A stretch of DNA of 14,533 nt from Azolla caroliniana (taxonomy: Eukaryota > Plantae > Polypodiophyta): contig JBHGNT010000863.1 in assembly GCA_043228905.1 (NCBI GenBank), positions 1 through 14,533 of the forward strand, given 5' to 3'. A program made the position numbers and the translations under genes. Under the pieces are notes generated by a model that was given only the letters and a program-made list of their open reading frames with translations, ran no database searches and was not told the origin of the DNA. Positions 1 to 8,789 of the stretch are shown here, piece by piece (the first letter of the stretch is position 1; the number at the start of each line of letters is the position of its first letter).

Positions 1-646
1 GGGGACTCTAATTCCGGCATCTTGCCCGATTATGGTCATCTCCCATGAACAAGGTCTTCAGATCGGTTCCGGAGTCTCGGTCCTTCCGGCAAAACTTCTT
101 CATCCATCAAGCTTAATTTTACCCTTGCCAAGGACAACTGTTTTCCTTCGGGCCCGGCGATGCCCAAAGTCACAACTAGTGTTTCCCAACTATCCGGGAG
201 GGAACCGAGCAGGAGCAACGCTAGTACCTCATCAGCCAGAGGTACTTCTAGCGAGGTTGTTTGATTTATGAGCCCCTGGAAAGCATTCATGTGCTCTACC
301 ATGCTGGATCCGTCTTGGTACCAAAGTCTCACTAACTTCCGGAATACTGAAACCCGATTTACGACGTTTTTACTCTCCAACATGGTACTGATTTTCTCCC
401 AGAGCACATCAGCCTTACTTTCTTCATTAAAGTTAGTGTACAAGCTCATGTCGATGAAGCATTTGATGTATGCCGCTTCATATGCATCACCTCCCACGTC
501 GTGGCATCGATCTTCTCTGGTTTCTTGTCCCCGAACTATGTCGGCAGCCAGAGATCTTTGACCATGAGCATGTCCCTCATCTTAGACTTCCACACTGGGT
601 AGTTGGAGCCAATGAGCTTGAACATGCTTTCAGATGACTCTTCCAT
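1..646 (-). pseudogene. gag: Ty1/Copia (Tnt1-like) gag of element A, frameshifted, runs off the window
   Basis: ATG at 646-644 gives MEESSESMFKLIGSNYPVWKSKMRDMLMVKDLW (Copia Gag N-terminal 'L.G.NY..WK..M' motif). After a frameshift, ORF 36..497 has LWEKI...LADEVLALLLLGSLPDSWETLVVTL (UBN2-type Gag motif). Confidence 0.9.
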
Positions 647-678
647 TTTTCTTTCTTTGTTTGAAGTTTACAACTTCA

Positions 679-689
679 CTCTGATACCA
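679..689 (-). promoter_or_regulatory. Primer binding site (tRNA-iMet) of element A
   Basis: ctctgatacca = TGGTATCAGAG on the minus strand, 33 nt upstream of the gag ATG. Confidence 0.9.
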
Positions 690-1026
690 GATAGAGAGGA
701 AATTGTGCTCCGCCACAACTGAGTCTTAAACGCACAATGGAAGGAGAAACAAGAAGATAGGAATAAGACGATTAGTGCACTTACGCAAAATGAGACGACA
801 CCAGATGTTTACATGGAAAACCCTAATCGAAAAAAACTATGGGAGCCCACAGACTCCGACCAAAATCACTCTAAAGAGGGATACAATGGAATGAGACTCG
901 GAGGCAACGACCTCGAACACTATGTCTTCGCCAACCGACGGTTACAACAGAAAAGCTTTCTGTATCTCACACTTTCCCTCAGACTCTCTCTCTATGTCTC
1001 TACAATAATATCTCTACATGCGTTAT
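690..1026 (-). mobile_element. Partial 5' LTR of Copia element A, interrupted by element B
   Basis: Abuts the PBS and contains the GGGTTTTCCA(T/C)GTAAA LTR motif (~808-823, minus strand) also seen in LTRs D and E. The terminal CA is not clean, so boundaries are approximate. Confidence 0.7.
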
Positions 1027-1525
1027 TATAAAAGAATATGTGTGCGGAAGCATATGCATAAGACACAAAGTACACAGTTTGGAATTATGACAGTTAAGTA
1101 AAACGCAGAAATCACAGAGAAGGAGAGGGAGAGACAGAGAGAGAGCAAAAAGACAATTCTATACAAGAAAAGATAACACTCTATATACACTTCGTGCTCA
1201 GTGAGCACGTTTTATACAAGCCCCGACTATTGGGCTGACACAAGTACTTACAGTACTTGACCGCTCATAAATGAGCATCCTACACTTATTCCCAAAATTG
1301 TTCCTTATGAGGAATAACGTTCTAACGGCCTCTCAATTTACACAGCGCTGTCGTGCCTTTCGGCTCCGGATCGTTGTGTGAGTCGGTTCTCACCGAGCAC
1401 TCCATTCTCTATCTGGAGGGACAAAAATATAATTTCCACATAGTGTGCAACCTACACTACGACAGCGCCACGGACATATTGTGCATATGGTTTTACGCAC
1501 CCAATGTTAAGCTTGTCTCTCAACA
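1027..1525 (-). repeat. 3' LTR of element B (~499 bp)
   Basis: Starts TGTTGAG at 1525 immediately after the PPT. The other end (tataaaagaatatgtgtgcggaagc, 1027) aligns with the LTR C end tgtaaacgattacttgcgtaagc. TATA box (minus-strand TATAAAA) at 1210-1216. Confidence 0.8.
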
Positions 1526-2377
1526 CTCCCCCTCAAGCTCAACTTGAGGTTCCATCTGCTTTTCCGGATCTTCACTCCGGCCTCACCTAGCTTCACGCCT
1601 CGCTCACGTTCCTCGACCTATTAGATCCCTTCCGGTTGGCTTGTCTGGTCACGTGGCCCTTCTCAGCTCCCTTGTTGTCTTCGTGTTGGCGCCTCTTTCG
1701 CTGCCCTTTCCTCCGCTCGGCCCTCAGTCGATTCGTAAGTCCAAATAGAATATTTCGATTGAATCGGTCACTTCCGATCTAATTCCACTTTCGCCCGAAT
1801 TGGCTATCTCCAATTCGTCTTATGTTTTTAGGCCCTTGACAACATCAGACCACGTCTTGGTCCTGGCATTTACACCCTTCTTGGCTGTATTTCCCCTTCT
1901 TTCAGCTGTCTTTGGCTCTTCCTTGCGATTACGACCCCTGTTTTCTTCTTCAGCTTCTTCTGCCGGCCTGAAATTTAATTCTTCATCCGTCTCGGCATCA
2001 CGGTCACCACCGCTCCTTCCAAGCTCCTGTTCTTGTCTCCACCTCAAGTTCAGCGTGTCGAGGTGATGCAAATCCAACTCACCCGATAAATGCTGCAACT
2101 TGTCGAGACCAAGGGGCTTGGTGAAGATGTCGGCAAATACGCTAGTTCGACTTCACCAGAAAGGACACGCTCGTGGATAAAATGGTAGTGCACCTTAATG
2201 TGCTTGGTTCGGGCATGGAATACAGGATTTTTCGCGAGGTGGATGCTTCTGAGGTTGTCACAATAGATCATCGTCGGATCGGACACTTCCACATGCAGAT
2301 CCCGTAATAGTCATTCCAGCCAAATGACAGTCGCCGCACTTCCCATTGAGAATGTGTATCTGGACGTGGATCTACGG
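1520..2377 (-). pseudogene. pol: Copia RNase H plus C-terminal Pol extension (element B), degraded
   Basis: RRSTSRYTFSMGSAA ... IYCDNLRSIHLAKNPVFHARTKHIKVHYHF (Copia RNase H). The tail ORF 1820..2098 continues in frame through stops to QVELEGEC* at 1520. Confidence 0.85.
1526..1537 (-). promoter_or_regulatory. Polypurine tract of element B
   Basis: CTTGAGGGGGAG immediately before TGTTG; identical to the PPT of element C. Confidence 0.9.
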
Positions 2378-2705
2378 ACCCGGAAGATCAACACGTTGTA
2401 CCTTATGCATGCTCGGATACACTGAGAAGAAGTGAAGTGGCATCCGACAATGCCGGTGAGATGTGGCAGAAGAGGTTGTGTCACATGAGCCCAAAAAGGG
2501 ATGAGATGACTTGCCGAGAATAACCAATAGTTTCTCCGGCAAGAAAAACCTAACCTCTTTCCGGACAAGACCACCAATGAGACGGAATGCACCACTGGAA
2601 CTTGTGCATACCAATGTATGTCAAGCGGACACGAAGTCACATGCTGGATCGAAGTACTTCATGACGTTCATAGATAACAACAACCAAAAGTTGTGGGTCT
2701 CATCG
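2378..2705 (+). pseudogene. pol: Copia GAG-pre-integrase / integrase N-terminal fragment (element E)
   Basis: Reads INTLYLMH...EMWQKRLCHMS (pre-integrase 'LWH.RLGHMS'), then GKKNLTSF...PLELVHTNVC...SHAGSKYFMTFIDNNNQKLWV (integrase core start). Confidence 0.85.
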
Positions 2706-3112
2706 TTGTGCGAGAGTGAGAGTGGGAAAGAGAGTGGCGCCATAGTTAAGTGAGCTTGGATGTTGAGAACCCTTTGCGGTTGATACACTCAGTTTTAGAG
2801 TGTACTTCTCTCTGTATAATGGAATCTCTGTCTCGTAGTTTTTCCCGTTTAGGGTTTCCACGTAAATCACTGTGTACTGTGCATTTGTTGTTCCACGTGC
2901 GTTGTGTATTTCAAGTTAGTCTTTCTCACATATCTAAGGTTTGATCCTCAATATCTTGTATAGAGAAGATAAGTTCTCCCGTGGTTTTTCCCCATTTAGG
3001 GTTTCTACGTAAAATTGTCTATTCTGTGTATTTGGTGTGTTTATGTTTTTCCACGATATTGTCAATTACACAATCGGTCATTCTCAGAATCGGAAGGGAA
3101 CAAATCCCAACA
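2706..3112 (+). mobile_element. 3' portion of a Copia LTR (element E)
   Basis: Two copies of the TTTTTCCC..TTTAGGGTTTC(C/T)ACGTAAA motif (~2839-2866, ~2985-3013). Ends in atcccAACA at 3112, where Gypsy pol-like sequence begins. No PPT is visible upstream, so an internal deletion is inferred. Confidence 0.7.
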
Positions 3113-4645
3113 AAATTGACCAACATTTTATTGTATAGGAGTCTTCCTCCCATCTGGTAATCTTGGGTGAGCCTTACATTACGGAAGCCCTGATGGAGAC
3201 AAAGGTGCTAGACAATGGGTCGACATATGTTCGCGTAAAGAGCCAAGACAATCGACACTCCGTCCAGTTCTTCACAGTTTGCCCAAACCACGAGCGAAAC
3301 ATGGACTCTCTCGACAAATAAGGCCGAGACGATTTTTGAAGAGGGCTATCAAGGCGTGGGGCCATGATAGTCAGGACAATTGGCCAAAACCCCACACTTG
3401 TACCATAGGTAGGAGATTTTGGCTCTCCGATAATGGAGGTTGTAAAGTAACCGACATCGACAACCGGGAAAAATGACGGGTCGAGGGATGCTTGAAGGCA
3501 TGCGGAGCAATAGACCTTGAAGACTCAATCAGCGGAACCATGAAGGTTATATCATTTGACGATACCCTCGAGAGATCGAGATGGTGAAGCGGGGACCGGA
3601 TGATTCTGGTCAATTCTATCGAGATATACGATGTCATCAGGGAATTCGAGCAGATGGCTAGGGAGGATCGAACCGCCCATGTTAACACTAAGTACAAGAC
3701 TGTGGACCAAAAGATGAGGCCAATCGCGACACCCTTATTGGAGAACAACAGGGAACAGATGAAGGGGGTCGCAACTGATCCGAGTTTACAAGACCCGTGC
3801 GGCATAGGCCACCGGTTCACCAACGAGATGCTACGGAAGTTCAGAATTGGTGGGGGTGGCTTCCTACTGCCCACGGAGGAGGACTCGTTTCGGAGGATGA
3901 TCAATGGTCATGGGAGGGCTTTCATATTGTCGTTGGAGGAGATCGGGTGCGGCAACCTGTCCATCGTCGAAGTGATGGTGATATTCATAGTACCGCATGT
4001 ACCGTGGAACCTTAAACCGATTTTGGAACCAAGAGCCCACATTCCAAAGCTGATGGAGCTGTTCAAGGAGAAGTTCGAGATGGGAATCCTCGAGCCGTCA
4101 AGTGCCCCATATTTGAATAAGTGGTTCACAGTGTCGAAGAAGAACGACACTCTGTGCTTTATACAAGATCTTCAACCAGTTAAAAAGGTAACGATATGAA
4201 ATGCAGGGGTTAGGCCGACCATTGATGAGTTTGCAGAGGCCTTTGCTAGAAGGTCGATCTACTAGGTCGGAGACCTATACTCGGGGTATGATCAGTTCCA
4301 ACTAGCCATCGAAAGCAAGGAAATCACAACATTGCAGACCCCACTCGGCTTAGTTCGGATGCGTGCCCTATCGCGAGGAATGAATTTGATGGTACACATG
4401 GTGAATGCGATGAATAAGGTACTAAGAGATTGCATCCTGAACATCAGCACGCCATTCTTGGACGACATTATGATAAAAGGGTGTTGAGAGAACCGGAAGG
4501 ACTAGACGGTCAGAGAAGACGGATGTCAAAGGTTCATTGCCGACCACATTGTCGACTGGGTTGGCGGGAGCACAACTTACCTTCTCTGGGGAGAAGTCGG
4601 CTTTCGGACAATCGAAGATCTTGGTGGTCGGTCACCTATGCGGAT
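3113..4645 (+). pseudogene. pol: Ty3/Gypsy pol (pre-RT linker and reverse transcriptase) of host element G, left part
   Basis: ORF 3600..4199 (HVPWNLKP...GILEPSSAPYLNKWFTVSKK...FIQDLQPV) continues past stops as GDLYSGYDQF..QTPLGLVRM..; catalytic PFLDDI at ~4452-4469. Confidence 0.88.
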
Positions 4646-5059
4646 TGTAAACGATTACTTGCGTAAGCGTTAGAAAACAGAGAAAGTAGAGTATACACAG
4701 AGTACACGGGAGAGACAGAGAGAGCAGAACATAAAAGCTATATTCAAAACAATATAAACACTCTGTCCATACAACTGTGCTTAGTAGCACTATTTATACA
4801 AGTCCTCGTGGGACTGACAAAAGTACCGCGTACTTCAATGCTCACACAAGCATCTGACACTTACTACGAGACTATAACTACCTAGTAGTCTAAACTAATA
4901 CTAGGCTTCCGGTTACCGATTGGATCCGGCTAACCGGCTCCCCAGCTCACCGGCTCTGTTGCTTGCCGGCTCGGTTGCTCACCGGCTTACCGATCCGTCT
5001 CGCTCACCGGCTCAGGCTTATCCAGCCGATCCGACTCCAGTTGAGCTTGCTGCTCAACA
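4646..5059 (-). repeat. 3' LTR of element C (414 bp)
   Basis: tgtaaacg...ctcaaca; direct repeat of 11373-11785 (roughly 93-94% identical by manual count); adjacent to the PPT. Confidence 0.97.
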
Positions 5060-5779
5060 CTCCCCCTCAAGCTCAACTTGAGCTTGGATCCTAGTGTCAG
5101 CCTCTATGGCAGTCGGTTCTTCCAACCTACTTCTCCTGGCGTCGCTCCGCCTTGCTCGCGCTCCTCGTTTGGTCCGGTCCCATTTGCCGCGACCCTTCTA
5201 GTTCTGCGCACCTCGACCTTCTTGGTCGGCATGTTTGCTCAATAGGCCCCTCTCATCTCCTTCACTGCTATGACTCCGGCGCTTGCCGATCCGTTGGTTC
5301 CTCCGTGATGGCATCGACTTCTGCTGCATCCGTGTCTGCTTGGCCTCTAGTTCATTCGGTTCATCCGGATCCGTCTGTTGATCCGAATCGCCTATCTCTG
5401 ATTCGTTCCAACTCTTTTCCGAATCGGTCACTCCCGACTCGTTCCAGCTCTTGTCTGAGTCGGTATCCTCCGACTCGTCTTTCGGTTTAAGGCCCTTCAC
5501 CACATCAGACCACGTCCGGGTCTTGGCCTTGCTTCCATCCTCGGCTTCTTCTTCCTCCTTGTCTCCCCCTCTTCCGGTTCTTCCCTTACCGGTGTCGACA
5601 ACAGTTTCTTTGCCTTTGCCTGTTCCGGCGGTGTCTTTGCCCCTTCTTCTCCCCCTCAAGTGCGGCACGTCGAGAAGCTGAACACCAAGCACGTCGGCAA
5701 AGTGTTGCAACTTGTCCGATCCGAGCGGCTTGGTGAAGATGTCGGCAACTTGCCGATCCGTGTGAACATACCATATCAT
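5054..5779 (-). pseudogene. End of RNase H plus ~200 aa charged C-terminal Pol extension (element C, copy 1)
   Basis: ORF 5198..5779 begins with QVADIFTKPL (RNase H end), then LRG and the tail. After one TAG the frame stays open for 47 codons to QVELEGEC* at 5054. Confidence 0.8.
5060..5071 (-). promoter_or_regulatory. Polypurine tract of element C
   Basis: CTTGAGGGGGAG directly before TGTTGAG. Confidence 0.92.
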
Positions 5780-6652
5780 AGTTCAACTTCACCGCTCAGG
5801 ACCCGCTCACGCACAAAGTGATAATGCACTTCTTTGTGCTTCGTGCAAGCATGGAACACAGGGTTCTTGACGAGCTGCATGCTGCTGATGTTATCACAAT
5901 AAATCGGGATCGGGGTCGGTACCTCCATCCGCAAGTCTCGCAGCAATTGCCGAAGCCAAATGGCTTCGCAGGTGGCAACGGTCGCGCCCCAGTACTCAGC
6001 CTCAGTGCTTGACAGAGCCATTGTTGGCTGCTTTTTGTTGCTCCACGCAACAGCTGTGGTCGCAAGGGAAAACATAAAACAGGAAGTGGATCTACGATCC
6101 GACGAATCGACGGCCTAGTCGGCATTCGTGTAACCGACTAGCTCTTCGGTGATACCTCGCCGATATAACAATCCCCGGTCCTTCATGCCACTTACATATC
6201 GCAGTATCCGTTGCGTGCACTGAAGGTGCTCCATGGTCGGCTTCTGCATGAACTGACTTATCATTCCGACTGGATAGCCGATGTCGGGTCGCGTGATAGT
6301 CAAGTAGATAAGGCTTCCGACAATTTGTCGGAACTGTTTCTCGTTGCAAGCCAGTCTGGAGTTGGGACGAAGCTTCTGGTTCCGGTCCAAGGGTGTGGAG
6401 ACAGGTCGGCATTCTGTCATGCCAAACTTGTACAACATATTGAAGACGTAATGTCGTTGTGAGAGCAATATGCCGTCGGGGGTTCGGATCCTTGTAGCAG
6501 TTAACTGAACCGTCGACGTTGTACTTTACCTTGTACACCCACTTGCATCCGATCGGTTTCTAATGACGGGGACGATAAACTAGGTCCCATGTCTCGTTGA
6601 CATCAAGTGCCCGCATTGCTCTCTGGCTCACGCACTTCCGCCACCTTAGTCA
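5776..6652 (-). pseudogene. pol: Copia RT (internally deleted) and RNase H, element C copy 1
   Basis: MTKVAEVREPES; YKVKYNVDGSVNCYK joined by deletion to LSQRHY; FRQIVGSLIYLTITRPDI; GYTNAD; WSNKKQPTMALSSTEAEY; YCDN; NPVFHACTKH. Confidence 0.95.
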
Positions 6653-7305
6653 TGTTGGGAGACAGGTCCCTCCGGATGGGAAGGGAGAAGAACAGTGTCG
6701 ACGAACAATCTCGGCCGAGGCCGAAACCAGAAGAGGAGTACCCGGCTACGGAGAGCCGGATGGTGCAGACCCGGTGAGAACCGGATGAGGAGTACCTGGC
6801 TAAGGAGAGCCGGATGGTGCAGACCCGGTGAGGAATGCTCACCGGATGAAGAGACATATTCGTAAATATGTTTCTGAGAGTCCATCGAGGCTATATTTGT
6901 AAATAGCCGAAAAGTCATATTAGTATAAATATGACTTAGGGCAAACTTATAGTTACTATTGTTGTCATTTTCTTGTTGGTGCAAGAAGAGAGAGTGCGTA
7001 ACAGTGTACAGAGAGAGAGAGAGAGACAACGAGGTCGTTGCCTTTGCTGTAACTGCCGCCTGTGGCGAAGATCGTGAGCACGAGGTTGTTGCCTCTGTGA
7101 ACTCACTGTTGTACATTCTAGCATAGTGATAGTTTGCAGCCTGTGGGCTGCCGTGGTTTTTTCCCTAGTTTGGGTTTTCCACGTAAACATCCTGTGTACT
7201 CTTCTCTCCTTTGTGTCGCGTGTTTTCCGTTTCCTGTTTTCTGTGTATGATTCAAAGCTCGGTTGTGGCCGAGCGTTGTGCATAAGGAGCGTTGAGTTCC
7301 CGTCA
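6653..7305 (+). mobile_element. Solo LTR of family D (653 bp), inserted antisense into the INT-RT linker of element C
   Basis: TGTTGGGA...TCCCGTCA termini; TSD agtca (6648-6652)/aatca (7306-7310). Excision restores ..YGYNEYMVHHYAYM|TKVAEVREPES. TATA at 6924-6930; another copy at 13954. Confidence 0.93.
6727..6850 (+). repeat. 54-bp tandem repeat in U3 of LTR D1 (2 units plus partial)
   Basis: Unit ccggatgaggagtacccggctacggagagccggatggtgcagacccggtgagaa. Confidence 0.9.
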
Positions 7306-7476
7306 AATCATGTACGCATAGTGATGCACCATGTACTCATTGTACCCGTACCGCTTGACGGGATCCTTCTGGCGGGTGGACCGGCGAACTCACCGTTACC
7401 CGGTTTAAGGCCCTTCTTGGCCGGTTCGGTCTTCGTTGCCGAAGATCCGCCTTTCTCCTTGCCGGAGTCGCTTGGC
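7306..7476 (-). pseudogene. Remnant of the integrase-RT linker of element C
   Basis: Minus strand reads ..RRSTRQKDPVKRYGYNEYMVHHYAYM, the typical Copia 'RRS.R...P.RY' linker. Confidence 0.85.
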
Positions 7477-8789
7477 CTTGGCCTCTAGTTCATTCGGTTC
7501 ATCCGGATCCGTCTATTGATCCGAATCGCCTATCTCTGATTCGTTCCAACTCTTTTCCGAATCGGTCACTCCCGACTCGTTCCAGCTCTTGTCTGAGTCG
7601 GTATCCTCCGACTCGTCTTTCGGTTTAAGGCCCTTCACCACATCAGACCACGTCCGGGTCTTGGCCTTGCTTCCATCCTCGGCTTCTTCTTCCTCCTTGT
7701 CTCCCCCTCTTCCGGTTCTTCCCTTACCGGTGTCGACAACAGTTTCTTTGCCTTTGCCTGTTCCGGCGGTGTCTTTGCTCCTTCTTCTCCCCCTCAAGTG
7801 CGGCACGTCGAGAAGCTGAACACCAAGCACGTCGGCAAAGTGTTGCAACTTGTCCGATCCGAGCGGCTTGGTGAAGATGTCGGCAACTTGCCGATCCGTA
7901 TGAACATACCATATCATAGTTCAACTTCACCGCTCAGGACCCGCTCACGCACAAAGTGATAATGCACTTCTTTGTGCTTCGTGCAAGCATGGAACACAGG
8001 GTTCTTGACGAGCTGCATGCTGCTGATGTTATCACAATAAATCGGGATCGGGGTCGGTACCTCCATCCGCAAGTCTCGCAGCAATTGCCGAAGCCAAATG
8101 GCTTCGCAGGTGGCAACGGTCGCGCCCCAGTACTCAGCCTCAATGCTTGACAGAGCCATTGTTGGCTGCTTTTTGTTGCTCCACGCAACAGCTGTGCTCC
8201 CAAGGGAAAACATAAAACAGGAAGTGAATCTACGATCCGACGCATCGCCGGCCTAGTCGGCATCCGTGTAACCGACTAGCTCTTCGGTGATACCTCGCCG
8301 ATATAACAATCCCGGTCCTTCATGCCGCTTACATATCGCAGTATCCGTTGCGTGCACTGAAGGTGCTCCATGGTCGGCTTCTGCATGAACTGACTTATCA
8401 TTCCGACTGGATAGCCGATGTCGGGTCGCGTGATAGTCAAGTAGATAAGGCTTCCGACAATTTGTCGGAACTGTTTCTCGTTGCAAGCCAGTCTGGAGTT
8501 GGGACGAAGCTTCTGGTTCCGGTCCAAGGGTGTGGAGACAGGTCGGCATTCTGTCATGCCAAACTTGTACAACATATTGAAGACGTAATGTCGTTGTGAG
8601 AGCAATATGCCGTCGGGGGTTCGGATCCTTGTAGCAGTTAACTGAACCGTCGACGTTGTACTTTACCTTGTACACCCACTTGCATCCGATCGGTTTCTAA
8701 TGACGGGGACGATAAACTAGGTCCCATGTCTCGTTGACATCAAGTGCCCGCATTGCTCTTCGGCTCACGCACTTCCGCCACCTTAGTCA
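7477..8789 (-). pseudogene. pol: Second copy of RT(deleted)-RNase H-partial extension of element C
   Basis: ORFs 7513..7917, 7914..8213 and 8276..8605 are nearly identical to copy 1 and share its deletions. Confidence 0.95.

Larger units (their letters stand above)
1027..2377 (-). mobile_element. 3' fragment of Copia element B (RNase H + C-terminal extension + PPT + 3' LTR), related to element C
   Basis: RNase H motifs, PPT directly followed by TGTTG, and an LTR that aligns to LTR C. The 5' part is lost at a junction near 2377. Confidence 0.85.

Noticed and set aside
5198-5779. env-like gene as in Sireviruses
   Set aside because: It continues the RNase H C-terminal frame rather than forming a separate ORF, and it is highly charged with no signal peptide or transmembrane segment.
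6936-7488. ORFs 6936..7283, 7126..7488 and 6646..7116 as a captured host gene
   Set aside because: They lie in or across solo LTR D1, and the corresponding region of D3 is disrupted by indels.
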